A stretch of DNA of 63,577 nt, filler included, from Ministeria vibrans ATCC 50519 (taxonomy: Eukaryota; Protista; Filasterea), in the NCBI GenBank assembly GCA_943704425.1. It is 7 parts of 7 records of this genome, joined end to end, with 100 filler letters (N's around TTAATTAATTAA, not from the genome) between each part and the next. Parts side by side here need not be neighbours in the genome. Positions count along the whole stretch, not along the records: positions 1 to 30,322 come from CALSCP010002017.1; positions 30,423 to 44,014 come from CALSCP010000138.1; 5 more parts are not named here. The stretch is one strand, 5' to 3'. Positions 11,178 through 36,100 of this stretch are shown here, piece by piece. Position numbers and translations under genes: made by a program. The stretch's first letter is position 1. Each line of letters opens with the position of its first letter. Below the pieces are notes generated by a model. It searched no databases and was not told the DNA's origin. It saw only the letters and a program-made list of their open reading frames with translations.

Positions 11178-13304
11178 TCAAAATCCATCGTCATCTCCAA
11201 AATCATCCAAATCATCGTCATCAAAGGCACTCTCGTCGTCAAATCCAAACTTTTTCTTTTCCTTCCCATCCCCTCCTCCTTCTCCTCCAAAATCATCAAA
11301 GTCTACTCCCGATCCTTCCGCAATCTCAATGCCATCGTCATCGCTCTCTCCAATCAAAGCACTCTCTCCACCCTGGAAAGCACACAGTAAGAACAGAAAA
11401 ATTAATATCAATATCAATATCAATGACTACACTATTCCAGCACCCCCCACTTACACTGTCAGAGAGCTCCTTCGACAGACTCTCAAACCCTTTTCTCCCT
11501 AAAACAAAAAGGCCAACGTAAATACACACTCTCTCTCACCACGAACTCACCACTACCTTTCGCCTTGTGCACAAAGGGTTTTGCACCCAACAAAGGCCCT
11601 CCCAGGCCCACTCCACTCTCACTTCCTGCATCCCCATCCTCGTCCTCCTCCTCATCATCGTCGTCCGTGCTCACCCTCCGTCGCTGTCCTCCACTCCGCT
11701 TCTCCTTTTCACTTCCTCTCAGCTCTTCCTCCCGCAATCGCTCTCGCAGTCGCTCCAAATGCTTTTCCGTCTCCTACCACACACACATACCACACACAAA
11801 CACACACACACACACACACACGTACATATAATATAATTAGTGTAATTCTAAGCCACAGACACACCCCGCTTCCTACCGCAAACCGCTCCCGATCCACCTT
11901 CTGCATCTCCTCCAGTTGATTCTCCAGAAACGACACATTGCGAAACTTGTTCACATACTCCCCATACGACTCCCGCAGTTCCTTCTCCAGTTTCTCATAT
12001 TCATCCATAAACGCAGGTCTAACCACAGAAAAAGCGAGACAGAGAGTGAGAGAGTGAGAGAATAGCACCCTACTTCTTAATACAAATACATTTCTTCTAC
12101 TACTACGTAATACCTCCCTCACTCTTTCCATCACAAACTCATTCCTCGCACAGTGACTTGATTCTAACCTTGTCCCTTTGAGTGCTCTAAGTCGCTTTCC
12201 CGCTCGTTCCAATTCATTGCGCTTCTTCTCAATCTTGGCCGTCAGATTCACTTCATCGCCGACCAACTGCTCCATTCGCTGCACAGTCTCCTCACTCTGC
12301 GTCTGGATCCCATCAACACTAAACACAATGTGATCACACGCTCACCACCCATGCACGACCCTCTTTTTTTTGTGTGTACCTTTGCGTAATTGCGCGCCGG
12401 ATGTCCTCTGCATCCGTCCGATCCAGTCGTCCAATCGTCCTTTGGCGCTGAGTGCGCAGTTCAATCTCTCGTCCTAACAAATCATACAGCGTTGCTCCTC
12501 TTCGTGTGATTTCAGAGCCAAGCTGCCGTGTCTCTCGCAAGTCCTATATATCTTATTAAACCTAATACTCATCTTTCCGGAGTGTTTGTGCACCTGTAGC
12601 CGTCCCTCAACGTCAAACGTTGCGTCTTTGCCGTCCAGATTGCCACCTCCGCTGTTTTCGTCGTTGTGACTGCCCGCGCCCGATGCCGACAGCTCCGTCG
12701 CTCGCAAAGCCTGGTACAGAGCGGAGGCAACCTTTAGAAGCTCTTTCACAGCGTAGCCGTCGGCCGAGTACAGTTTTTTGGTGTTCAAGTTGATGTGCTC
12801 CTGAAAAAACCAGTGAGTGTTTTCAAAACGACAGTGGCAATGCCGCACCTTGGACGCCATGTACTGCGCCACAGCCTTGACAAACGCCACACGCTCACTC
12901 TCGGTGTCCAAGTGCACAGGAATATCGGCATTGGGATCGTAACTATGGTGAAACCCCGTTCAAAAAACGCATCGTTCTGTTCTCGACCGCCCTCACCGTT
13001 GAACAAGCCAACGCGCCAGCTCGGCGACAAGCGTGAAGTTTGGCTGACGAAAGTTCTCCATTGATATCATGCGTGGGTAGCCCAGGGCTCGCATCATCTC
13101 CGTAAAGTCTGCAAGAGAATGTCAAGAAGGGGTTGTCAAGGGAAACCGCACACACACACACACACACAAGACAGCACAAAAAACATAGGTCCATTGTCTG
13201 CGTGCCAGAGTGCCCGTGGACGTCTCCTAGCGGACATTGGTGGGCACGAGAGAGAGACAAGAGAGACACTGATGTTCCGTACTTCGGAGCTCACGGTACG
13301 ACAT
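11178..13304 (-). CDS. CLUAP1: Clusterin-associated protein 1 / intraflagellar transport protein 38
   Basis: Multi-exon: [63 protein letters not shown], acidic tail ending DDDGF*. Confidence 0.93.
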
Positions 13305-13541
13305 GCTGAACTGATTCCGATGTGGTTGTTGCAATCACTTGCAAGGTTGGAGGCAATACAGCAGTCAGAATGTATCCCAGTCAGTAGCCCAAAAAAATTA
13401 ATATTTTAGTCATTTCTCTAATTTCTCTTCTAATTTCTCTTCATTCACGTTCCTCAATTGATTCGCCGGTCTTTTCCCTTCTCGACTCTTTTGCATTCGT
13501 ATTACATAAATTCTCTCGCTCACAGCAAGTCAGAAACTTCA

Positions 13542-15614
13542 ATGACAAGGTATGAGGAAAGTTGGCAAACAAACGACAAACACTCAAGGCCCATCCTCGC
13601 TCCAGCGCACGAGACATTGTCGTTGCTCAGTTGAAGGGTCCCCTTGACGAGCTTGATGCACTGTGGGACACGCTGGGACTCGCACATGAAGCGCGCGTTG
13701 AGAGTTTCGACAAGTACACGAAAAATTTCGTCACAGTTTTAACAAACTTTATCGCGGAAACGCACGAACAACTCTCTCGGTACGTGCATGCCCCCCTCGG
13801 TGACACTTACAATTCAAACTTATGTGACATGCTTCTGCGGCTGTAGCGACCAAGCGCTTGTCGACGCCAACATCAAACGCATCGAAGAGCTGCTTTTCGA
13901 GCTCGACGAGGGCCGTCTCGACTTTGACGTGTCCCTGTCCCTTGCCGCGCAAATCCGTCTGTCCCAAGCCAAGATTGAAGAGCTTGAGGCTCTCTTCGAC
14001 GAGCGCGAGCAAACTATCCTTGCCCTGGGCGAACAAGAACGTACGCAGCCAAATTCGATTTTTTCAAAATTATTTTGATCGTCCAAACTTTTGCAGAGAC
14101 CCTTCTTGAACGTCTTGGTCGCGAGGCTGTCGATGAGGATGCCGAACCCACACAGAGTTACATTACAGCACTGCGAGTCACCGTTCGCACTCTGGAGAAA
14201 GAAACCGACCAACGAGAGGTACAACACTCTGAAGGTGAATGAGTGTTTTATACTCGTATTTTATACTCGTATTTTCTAGACTGCGTTTGCTCCCGAAGTG
14301 ACCGACATCCGAAGAATGTTTTCGCTGCTGACACTCGAACCGCAAGACGGACTCGAAACAGAGGTAAGCCATATAGACAAAACAACACAACAATCACTGT
14401 ACAAACGTTTGATACAATCATAGGTGGTGGAAGGAACGTATCGATTGGACGAGACGACATTGAGCAGGGTTCAGGCTCTCCGGGAAACCCTTGCGGCATT
14501 GGTGGAGACGCGCCAGGCAGCAATTGACGACGGAAAAAGCGAAGTGCAGCGACTGTGGACCCGGATGCGGGTGAGTCAAGAGGAGCAGGAACGCTTCCTG
14601 GCTGCACTACCCAACGACCTTGGAGGGACAACCGGCGATGCATTGCTTGCGGAGCTGAATCGCATGACTCAGCTGCGCGACGAGCACATGGACAGTGCAA
14701 TTGCGGGGGCACGCGACGAGATCAAGGCCATGTGGGAGGCCATGTACTTTTCGGAGGAGCAGACCAAGGGGTGCGAGGCATACTGGTGCGAGGAGGACAA
14801 CAGCGAAGGGCTGCTGGACACGCTCGAGTTGGAGATTGCACGTCTGCAAGAGATGTACAGCGAAAACAAGGCGTTGTACACTCTTGTGGCCGAGCGCAAG
14901 CGGTGCTTTGCGACGCTCAAGCACCTCGACAGTGCCCCGTCGGCCGGCCGTTTCACCAATCGCGGCGGCTCATTGCTCCAGGAAGAGAAACAGCGCCGCC
15001 AATTGGCCATATCACTGCCGCGCCTCAACACCAAGATCTTGTCGGCACTCGACGAGTACGAGCACCGCAACTGCCAGACACTGCTCATCGACGGCACACC
15101 CTACCGCACAACACTGCAACACGAGCAGGACACATGCGACCTCTTCCTGCGTCGCCACGCGCCGGGTTCCGCCGCCGCTGCAGCAGCAGCAGCAGCAGCC
15201 TCCGCCTCCCTCATGAGCACTAGTTCAGCATCCGCCTCCACATCCTCCATGCGCACCCCCCACAAAAAACAACACAGCCTGCAGCAGACCAAGACACCCA
15301 TTCGTGCCACACCACTGCGTTCGCACACCCCCAAAGCCCAGACAAACACCTCCTCAGCGACTCCGCAATTCCATCCCACCCCCAAAGTCAAGCAACAACC
15401 GCCCGCCCCGCTCCCATCCTCTGCCTCCCCCCATTTCCCCCACCTCTTCAGCGCACCTTCCTCCAAACCCCCGCGCCACTCTCTGCTCGAGTTCAAGTCA
15501 CTCGAGACAGATGTCGATCAGGACCTCAGTCTGCGCTCTGTCGGTTCCTACACTGACTTTGAGACGGGAATCATTACTGCACATGCAAAGCGGAGCTCCG
15601 CCATTCGCGAGTAG
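13542..15614 (+). CDS. PRC1: PRC1/Ase1/MAP65 microtubule-bundling protein
   Basis: Coiled-coil exons with LDALWDTLG, QRLWTRM, KAMWEAMYFSEEQ and the hallmark RFTNRGGSLLQEEKQR; Ser/Thr-Pro-rich tail. Start exon inferred. Confidence 0.88.
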
Positions 15615-15654
15615 TCACATTACAAAAAACACCATTCGTATACCTTTTGTTTCT

Positions 15655-17451
15655 TCAGAGTATTTCTTGGATGGGATCGGAGTCGTTTCCCTTTGCTCGT
15701 TCTCGTTTGCGCATAGCTTTGTGTTTGTTTCCCTTTGTGTGTGCCTCCAGTTCGCTCAAACCGCTCAGTCGTTTTTCTGTGAAAAATAATACTACTCGTA
15801 AGTGTGCGTGTGCGTGTGTGCATGACGTAAGTGCGCAGGTACCGCAGAAGAGACAGCGAAAGGAGCGCCACTGCGTGATATCGCCATTGAAGGAGAAGGA
15901 GGACTGCTGAGTGCGCTCCAGTGCGTCGGAGAGCACAGTCGGGTGAGTGGACGCGACAAGAGGGGCAGGGAGCTGCCCAGAGCGCGTCTTGAGGGTCATA
16001 GCAATTGCACAAGCGGGTGTGCTCACGAGTGCGTCAAATGAAAGTGCATTAGTGCTATTCCATGTGTACATCGGCGGAAGACCTTTGGTGCTCGGAGGCC
16101 CTATTAGTCGTCGACGGATCCACGACAGCTATAAAAAAAAAAAAAAACGTCGTACAAGTCATAAGCCATTCACGCGAACGAACACACACATACAATATAA
16201 CGATAATTATATAAATTATATGAATTCTCCCTTTCTCTCTCTATCACTTTGTTTCGTTCTCCCTTCTCTCTCGATCTCTCGATCGCTTTCTCTGTCTCCT
16301 CCTCTCTCTCTCTCGTTATCTCTCTATTATAAAACTTATATATGTTGTGTCGTGTTTGAATACTTGTTTGCGTGCATAGCGTCTTGTGGCTGTTTTAACT
16401 TCGTTGAGACACGCGTCGAGAGGAGCAACGCCTTCAAAATGCCCCTCCAATTGGCGCAGCCCAATAGCCTGTCGTACCCCCATGTCACAAGCAATCGTCT
16501 CTTTGACGCGCTCCCATGCCCGTCTGCCTTCGTCTACCAAACCCGCTTCTACCATTTCGTCCACGCGACGGTCTAGGCGTTCGTCAAGGACATCCTTGTC
16601 GCACACAGGCCAGAACACAACCGTGTCAACTCCCTCGAATCGCAGTTGACGTCCCTCACGGCCAACGCCAAACGCACTTGCTTGCTTGCCCGTCTCTCGG
16701 TACACCTCCAATGCTCGACGGATCTTTCGGTCGTCGTTTTCGTGTAGTTTCTTAGCCATCAGCGGATCGACACGCTCTTTGCAAACAAAAAAGAAGAAAA
16801 AAGACAATGGTGTCAAAAACACCATCCAGTTAGGTCGCAAAGAATAATCTTTCAAGGTCATACTCAGTTGGGCGTAAAGAGACTCATCGCCGTCACCGCT
16901 GCCGCTTGGTCTTGCCTCCTCTTCGTCTGCCCTAGACGCGTGCACTGCCCCGGCGCCGTCGTCGCCGTCGCCGTCGTCGCCGTCGCCATCGTCATCGTCG
17001 CTGAGAGCGCGCCAGAGCAGAGCCTACACAAACACTGCTTCAGTGTGCTGTCGTGCGCCACAGAGACCTGTTCGACACCTCAATATAGTAGTTGGTTCCG
17101 CCGACGATGACTGCGACCTTGCCGCGACGGTGGATGTCTTGGATCTGCGTCGAGAAGCGTAAGAAACAGTCGCGAGACGGGTCAACGAAAGCCGTTGCTT
17201 ACAATGGGCACTGCCATGTCGCGGAAACAGGTCACGGTCATCACGTGGTCAACGTCAACCACGCCGATCATGTGGTGAGGGACTCCCTTGCGCTCTTCCG
17301 GTGTCGCGGCGTTGCTTGCAACCTCGAGACCGCGGTACACTTGGAAGGCGTCCGCACTGACAATTTCACCGTCGACTGCGAGTGCCACGTCCACCGACAG
17401 CCGGGTTTTCCCGGCCCCTGTCGTTCCCACTATGACCACTGTGGTCGGCAT
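15655..17451 (-). CDS. TRIT1: tRNA dimethylallyltransferase (MiaA/Mod5/TRIT1) with C-terminal zinc finger
   Basis: GTTGAGKT P-loop, IVSADAFQVY, VPHH, VGGTNYYIE, LDERLDRRVDEM, ATRRYARKQ, C-terminal CGTC...HTKGNKH. Confidence 0.93.
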
Positions 17452-17761
17452 GTTTGACAGTACGCTTGGGGGGGGTGAAATTGAATTGATTAGAAGAAGA
17501 AGAGAAATAAATAAGAATATTACTGAATAACTGAATAAGTGAATAACATAATACTGTCACCACGCAAAAACACAGCCAGACCGCCTTGCAAACTCAACCG
17601 ATACCGTATACATTAGACAAGTAGACGGCCTATGTGTGACATGGGAGAGCAGTGGCAGGTCAGAGTGCTGTGTCGTCGCTATTCAGTGAGGCAGTCGCAA
17701 GAGTAATCACTATTGTTATTATTATTATTACGCCTATTTAATGATTTTATAACTTTACTTC

Positions 17762-18043
17762 ATTACCTTTCAAGTACTCTTTCATTTATATAAGTCGACA
17801 TAAGACTCTCGGTCTATGGCGCTGCGTATCAATAGCAACACCGCTGTCTGATAAGACCCAAGGCACCCATCCCTCTCACTCCACAATCCGCACTCGGGTT
17901 GTTCAGCAAGAGTTCTACAAGGTATTTTCCTCTCTCTCTAAAAACACTCTTTGGAAAAGAAAAACACGAACATCACTCCTCCTCATGTGGAAACCAGTTC
18001 CACCGTGGAGGGGCGTCATGAAGAGGAATGACGCGTAGTGGTA

Positions 18044-18044
<1 letters not shown>
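17762..18044 (+). repeat. Dispersed repeat family A, copy 1
   Basis: Shares blocks cataagactctc, aagacccaaggcacccatc, catgtggaa, ccaccgtggaggggcg and gacgcgtagtggta with the copy at 18222, and diverged versions with 21265 (rc) and 57049. Confidence 0.8.
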
Positions 18045-18075
<31 letters not shown>

Positions 18076-18221
18076 TACACTCACACACCGTCACTCTCAC
18101 TCAGCTGTTGTGTCGTTGGTCGGAACATCGTTGCCCGCCTTTCCATTATTCTTGACATGGTTCTGGTACCGCTATATATTGAGCGTCCATTCACNNNCTT
18201 TCATCTTTTTTTTTTTTTTTT

Positions 18222-21567
<3,346 letters not shown>

Positions 21568-21715
21568 AAATTGTTCATCAAGTTTGGGGTTTATCGTGGA
21601 TTTCGAATAAACACGATGCACTGTAGATCCACTGAATTTTGAAGACACGCAAAATAATTATTATAAGGTTAGTTACTTAGTTGTTTTGTTTCAGACTTCT
21701 TTGTCTTTCTTTCCA

Positions 21716-28405
<6,690 letters not shown>

Positions 28406-28509
28406 ACAAAAACTAATGCAATAATAATATAATAATAATACTGCTGCAGCGTTTTGAGTAAGTCGCTCCTGTAGTGCATTGTAATACAATAAATTTGATC
28501 TGTTCCATC

Positions 28510-30174
28510 TCAGACAGTCGGCTGATCGGCCAACGGAACACTCGACTACACACAACAAAAATGAAGGGTCGATCTTATTATTTTCTATTCGATTGTTCGA
28601 TACCTTGACAAGAGTGATGGCGGCGAGTTCCTTTGAGAATTCTTCAATGACAATGGTTGCGTGGAGAAGACGCTGTTCGGCAGTTGAGAGGAGATCCTGG
28701 TCGGGCGACAGGCCCAGCTGTTGCTGTTGCTGTTGCTGGTGTTGTGGGGAGGTGGTGTCTTGGGGTGGGGCGAGCAGGAGTCGTTGGTCGATGAGGTGCT
28801 CGAGAAGGCGAGGGATGCGCTTGAGGGAGGGACCTTGGAGGTCGGAGTGAAGGTGGGAGAGGATGCGGAAGGGAGTGCGAACGGAGGCGGGAAGAGGCAA
28901 GTTGGGTTCGAGGAAGAATCGGTGGAGAAGAGGGTCGGCGTAGAGGGCGAAGCGTGAGAGGATGGACGTGACAAGTAGATTGATCTCATAGGGTTCGTCA
29001 AGGCAGCGCTCGAGGGTATTAAAGAGGGCCGTGAGGAAGGGGCCCTCGTTAAATGGTTCGGGTTCGGCGTCCGAGAGCAGTGGGGGTGCAGGCGGAGAGG
29101 GGAACGTGGGAGCATGGCAGAGAGCGTCGTAGACACGGTCGTGCGCGTCGGCAACGTACGGGTCATAGCCAATGTCACCGCACTTCCACGCACACTTGAG
29201 GGTCTCGGGGACTACTGAGAGGTAAAGATTGACGGTGGTGGCTGCAGCAGTGGTGTACTGGGCATCCAAGGGCTGTACCAGCGCAGGCACAGCAGCCAGA
29301 TAGTCACGCACCAGCATAGAGAGACACAGAGACGAGTGGCGCGACACAAGCGTGTCAAAGAGACGCAACACTGCTTCGCGCAAATGCGTCTCGGCCGCCT
29401 CACTGCGCGCCAACAGCGACTCAAATACCCCATAGCACACAAACCGGACAAACACATCCACAAGCTTTGCATTGCGCACTCGTCCGCTCATCACTGTTAC
29501 CAAAAGAACAGCTTCATGCGCGCCTTAAAAACCAGAGAAAGAAAACGAAAAAAAAGAGGAGTGCGTGAGCAAGTTTGAAAGTGAGTGTGATTGTTACTGA
29601 CCTGCCTCTGACACTTGAATGATTCCCGCACGAACAACTGTGTCCAAAAACGACTCACGAAGAACTGTTAGAAACTGTAAAACGAAAAAGGTCAAAGAAA
29701 AAACAAAGAAACAGAAAGAGAGAGAGGAGAGAGAGGAGAGAGAAAGAACAGAGCAATAGCGAGAGAGAGAGAGTGTGTGTGTGTGTGGATACGTGATCGA
29801 CAAAGAGCGGATGTGCATAGGATGCAAGTTCATCACAGTAATCGAGAACAGAGAGGAATGTCAGAACGGGCTGAAGACGATGTAAGCGCGACGCAGGAGC
29901 TATAGGACAAAATAGAAACCATAAATGAGAGAACGCAAAAACAGAGACATTGCTTGACTGGCGGACCTTCTTTTCTCTTTCCTGGAGTAGAACTGGAGCG
30001 TTTTGGGGTAAGCGCGACATCAGATGTGAGCAAGGTAAGATCGGTCTTCTCGATGCGCATTGGAATTGCGTCGTAGAGACGAGTAAGACGCGCGACAATC
30101 AGATGACTGACGGCTGTGTCTCGTGCAAAGGCAGCCACAGTCGCGGTTTGCAGCGATGCCAGTCGAAGAATTTC
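28510..30174 (-). CDS. FTS- and Hook-interacting protein (FHIP/FAM160 family), 5'-truncated by contig end
   Basis: EGPFLTALFNTLERCLDEPYEINLLVTSILSRFA, FLSVLDYCDEL, IVIEEFSKELAAI match FAM160/RAI16-like conserved blocks; multi-exon. Confidence 0.85.
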
Positions 30175-30322
30175 CTGTATCGTAAAAAAGAGAGAAAAGA
30201 AAGAGAGAAAGTGTGTGTGTGTGAGTGAGTGAGTGAGAAGGGAGAGAGAAAGAAGGGAGAGAAACAAAATTGATAGACAAAGTGATAGACAAAGTGAAAG
30301 ACAAAGCGAAAGACAAAGTGAT

Positions 30323-30422
30323 NNNNNNNNNNNNNNNNNNNNNNNNNNNNNNNNNNNNNNNNNNNNTTAATTAATTAANNNNNNNNNNNNNNNNNNNNNN
30401 NNNNNNNNNNNNNNNNNNNNNN
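30323..30422. other. Artificial contig-joining spacer N44-TTAATTAATTAA-N44
   Basis: 100-bp block with a six-frame stop linker, identical in design to five others in the window. Confidence 0.97.
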
Positions 30423-30479
30423 ACAATTTTTTCACACTTTTCAAAAAAAATCGTAATGGCAAAAAAAAAAAAAATAGAC

Positions 30480-30772
30480 GTGAGCTGTAAGATTTGACAG
30501 TAAGTGGCATGTTGTCGAGGGGGGGAGGAGGCTGGGTTGCTGGGTTGCTGTGGGTTATGTTGCGGTGGGAAATCGGGGTGGAAACGAAGGATTTGCGTGT
30601 GTGGGTGGTCGTAGCAACGGCCAAAAGAGAAGGGTTGCACTTAGTGACGGGACATTTGCCAACATGATCAGCACGCCGATCAGCCGCCTAAGGCGTAGTG
30701 ACCTTGTTCCTGGGCAAAGCACGCCAATGGAATGGCTGCCAGTACTGCCAGGATCAGCGAGACAAGACCCAT
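30480..30772 (-). CDS. 5' fragment of a secreted protein (signal peptide), truncated by contig end
   Basis: MGLVSLILAVLAAIPLACFAQEQ, then a probable short intron into QPFSFGRCYDHPHTQ...; the donor site is weak. Confidence 0.4.
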
Positions 30773-30826
30773 CGAGGGGAAGGAACTAAATAATTATAAT
30801 GATGACTAAGATAATAATAATAATTC

Positions 30827-30871
<45 letters not shown>

Positions 30872-31051
30872 TTATTAATAATAAATTATTAATAATTATT
30901 AAAATTATTTTAATAATACTAACTACGGAGTACGAAGTACTCCGTACTCCATTATCAAACGAATTATCAATGAACATCGATAATTCCTTTAAGTCTTGTT
31001 CTGACATTGAGTACAACTCATTCTCTATTCATTATTATTTTCGTATTTCCT

Positions 31052-32911
<1,860 letters not shown>

Positions 32912-33109
32912 TTAATATTATTATTGATTGTTATTCTTCTATTGATTATTATTCTTTTCTTTTATTATTATTAATTTTTTTCTTATTTCTAACGATTAAC
33001 ATTATTGCGTCATGTTTTAACTTATTATCTTGACAAATATGGCAATAAGATGAGATAACACTGACTTTCATTAAACGCTAAATAATAAAGAAAACAAACA
33101 AAAAAAGGC

Positions 33110-36100
33110 TCACTTGAGCTTCCGCACATCAAACACCCCGAAATGGCCATCAAAGCCAACCACAAGTCGATTGATGCCGGCGGGCGCAATGCTCTGCACC
33201 GGAGCCGCAAACTCAACGGTCTTCATCGTTTGTGCACTCCCGTACAGCGGCAAAACGTGCAACCGGCACGTGCCCTTCTGGTTGGTTACTATGCGCAGCG
33301 ACGTCTTCGCAAAATCTTCCACGCCCGACTTCTTACTTTCTGCCGCCTGATCATTGGACAGGCTGAGGCGCTTCGATGAGTCGGTCTTGCGCAAAGGAGC
33401 TCGTCCTCCGCCGCCAACGGAGCTTGCACGTCTCGGCGACGAGTTCGCCGAGGGTGGGAGCGACGCGGAACGTCTCGGCGACGAGTTCGCCAAGGGTGGG
33501 AGCGACGCGGAACGTCTCGGCGACGAGTTCGCCGAGGGTGGGAGCGACGCGGAATCCACTTCTGAGCCGTTGAAGCTTCGTCGACTGCGCGGTTCATCAC
33601 TGGCTTCCGCCATCAATGCCACTGGTGAGGACGCCGTCGACTCAAACACGTTCTTGTTCTCCGTCACAGAGCCGAGCCACATGACCGCCACACACGTCGC
33701 CTGCACGGGCACCACACACGTTTCACTGTGTATGGGTGTATCGGGACTTGGCAGGCGCCACAGTCGCACGTCGCCACTCTCGTCCAGTGTCCACGGAGCT
33801 CCACGTCCGCCCAGCCATAGTCCACACACGGGGCTTACATGCCCAACCATCTCGACAAACAGCTCCAACGAGGCAGAGTCGTCCCTCTCTTCCTCCCCCT
33901 CCTCCTCCTCCTCCCTCAGGTCCCTGAGAACTCGCACGGGCGGTAAAGTCCACGCGCGAATGACTGTGTCAAAGCCAAAATAAAGTCGATGGCCCAGCGA
34001 GTCATCGTTCTCAGAGTAAATGGCAGCAACCCGCACATCTTTGAGTTTCTTCACATCACCAAACATCGCGACGCGCTTCCACGTATTGTTCAGACGCCAC
34101 ACTGAGACACTTGGGTCGCCGGAGCTGCAGGTGACTGCAACAGTCCCATCGGATGCAAGCGCAACCACATCAACCGCGTCATTATGCTTCTCCATCTGCT
34201 GCATTGTGTCAAAGCCCGACTCTAGTGGGGAAGAAGACCATAAAATCGCTTGCCCGTCCTTTGAGCCGGTGAGGACATGGTCGCCAGTTTCGTCGAGAGC
34301 CAGAGACAAGACCGAGCTGGACGGTTCAATATTCGCCAGTAATTGACCCGATTCGATGTCCCAGAGCTCCACACGGCCAGAAGCGTATCCAATAGCCAAA
34401 CGCTGGCCGTTTCCGCTGACGACAATATTGAGGACATTCTTGCGCCGAACGGCAGCCTCTCGCAACCTTGACACATCGGGCAAAAACCAGACTCGTGTCG
34501 CACCATCTGTCGTCCCGGCAACCACTTGCACCAGACCATCTTCCTCTCCAGAGTCAGCGCCAGTAGTGAGTGCCACGCTTGTGACCGACGCATCATTCCC
34601 AAGCAACATTCCCAACTGACGCTCGGTCGACGACGCCGCATCCCACACACGCAAGAGTCTCTCTCCACAGCCCGTCACCGCCAGAGATCGGTCTGTCGAG
34701 AGAGCAACGGCTTTTGCCGCACACGACGTCTGCCCAACACCCAGTCCCACGTCCGACTCATCCTCGACCTGAACCACACCACCCTGCGCATCGAGAGACA
34801 GACGCCACACCGCCAGCTTGTCTGCTCCGCCCATGGCAAAAAGTTCGAGGTATCCATCGTAGAGATCTGGCAGCCTCAAGGACACAAAAGTTGTCAGCGT
34901 TGCCCAGCTTTGCTTTTGGCGAACCACTTGCGATCGATCCAAGTCCACTGCCATGTTCGAGTCAGAGTCTCCCGACATGTCACTCTTCACCTCCCACACG
35001 CGCACTTCGCCATTGACAGAGGCACTTGCGACATGTAATTTGGGCAGCTTGAGAAGGTCCAATGTTTGAATGACCGACACACTCGACACGGTGTCGCAAT
35101 GGCCCTCGAGCACCACCGCCGGGGCACCGTCTTTCCATACCCACACGCTCTCGTCTTGTGACCCAGACACCACAAATGATGCGTCCACGGAGGGCGACGC
35201 AAGAGCACGAACTGCCTTGGTGTGCAACTTCGCCGCCTCTCCACGGGACGTGCCGTCGGTGGTGCTCCACCAACGGACCGTCGAGTCACTCGCGCCAGTC
35301 ACAATTGTGTCGTTAAACTCGTTATCGGACGTGATTATCAGAGCATGGATGGGATTTCCAACGGTAGGGTCGCGGCCCATCGCAAGAATGTCTGACCGCC
35401 ACACCAGCGTGCCATCGTCACCAGATACATCCCACCAACAGAGAACGCCGTCTGCACCACCTGTAACAATGTACATGCCATCCGTTGACACGGCCACAGA
35501 CGTGACACCGCCGACATGAGCCGAGTCCAACACCATCTCAGCCCGCCGATTAGACTCGTGTGCAAGAAAAGAACACTTCCATGACGCCGAAGGCTCGAGG
35601 TAGGGCCCGCTCATACTGTTTTTGAGGCTATCGGTTGCTGACTGTAGAAGACTGACCACAAAATCGTTTTTCTCAGCGCCGAGGTGGCCCTGCAAAAATA
35701 GAGTCAGGGAACGGTCGCTGAACGCAGTGGATGTCTCGTAGCCAAGCGCCAAGACGTCACGAACCATTCGCAGTGCGGCAAGCTTGGTGGATAAATCAGA
35801 GTGTTGCGGACGCGAGATCAACATCGTCAGATGACGCACAGCAGCGGCGTAGTCGCGAAGGACTGCACTTGACACATTTCCCTTTGTGCGTCCATCGGCG
35901 ACGCGTGACCAGATCCACCTGAACGACAACAGTAGGTCGCACATTTTGACTGTCTCGCCTGCACCCGCCATCTGCTCAATCAGGTGTTCAAGCAGAAATT
36001 CCGTTTCTGCATTTCGCGGCAGATCGCACCAGCTGCTGTTACTCTTCTTTCCATACGAATCATTCCATACGGAAAAGACGATACGGTGTTGCTTAGCACG

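Noticed and set aside
13305-13400. RFX X-box upstream of IFT38 (and GTTGCA upstream of B9D1)
   Set aside because: Only a short half-site-like match, not distinguishable from chance.
30640-30772. Possible selenoprotein (signal peptide, then GG-TGA-SAC-TGA-SC)
   Set aside because: The frame closes with TAA a few codons later; an intron skipping both TGAs restores a longer frame; no SECIS was recognised.
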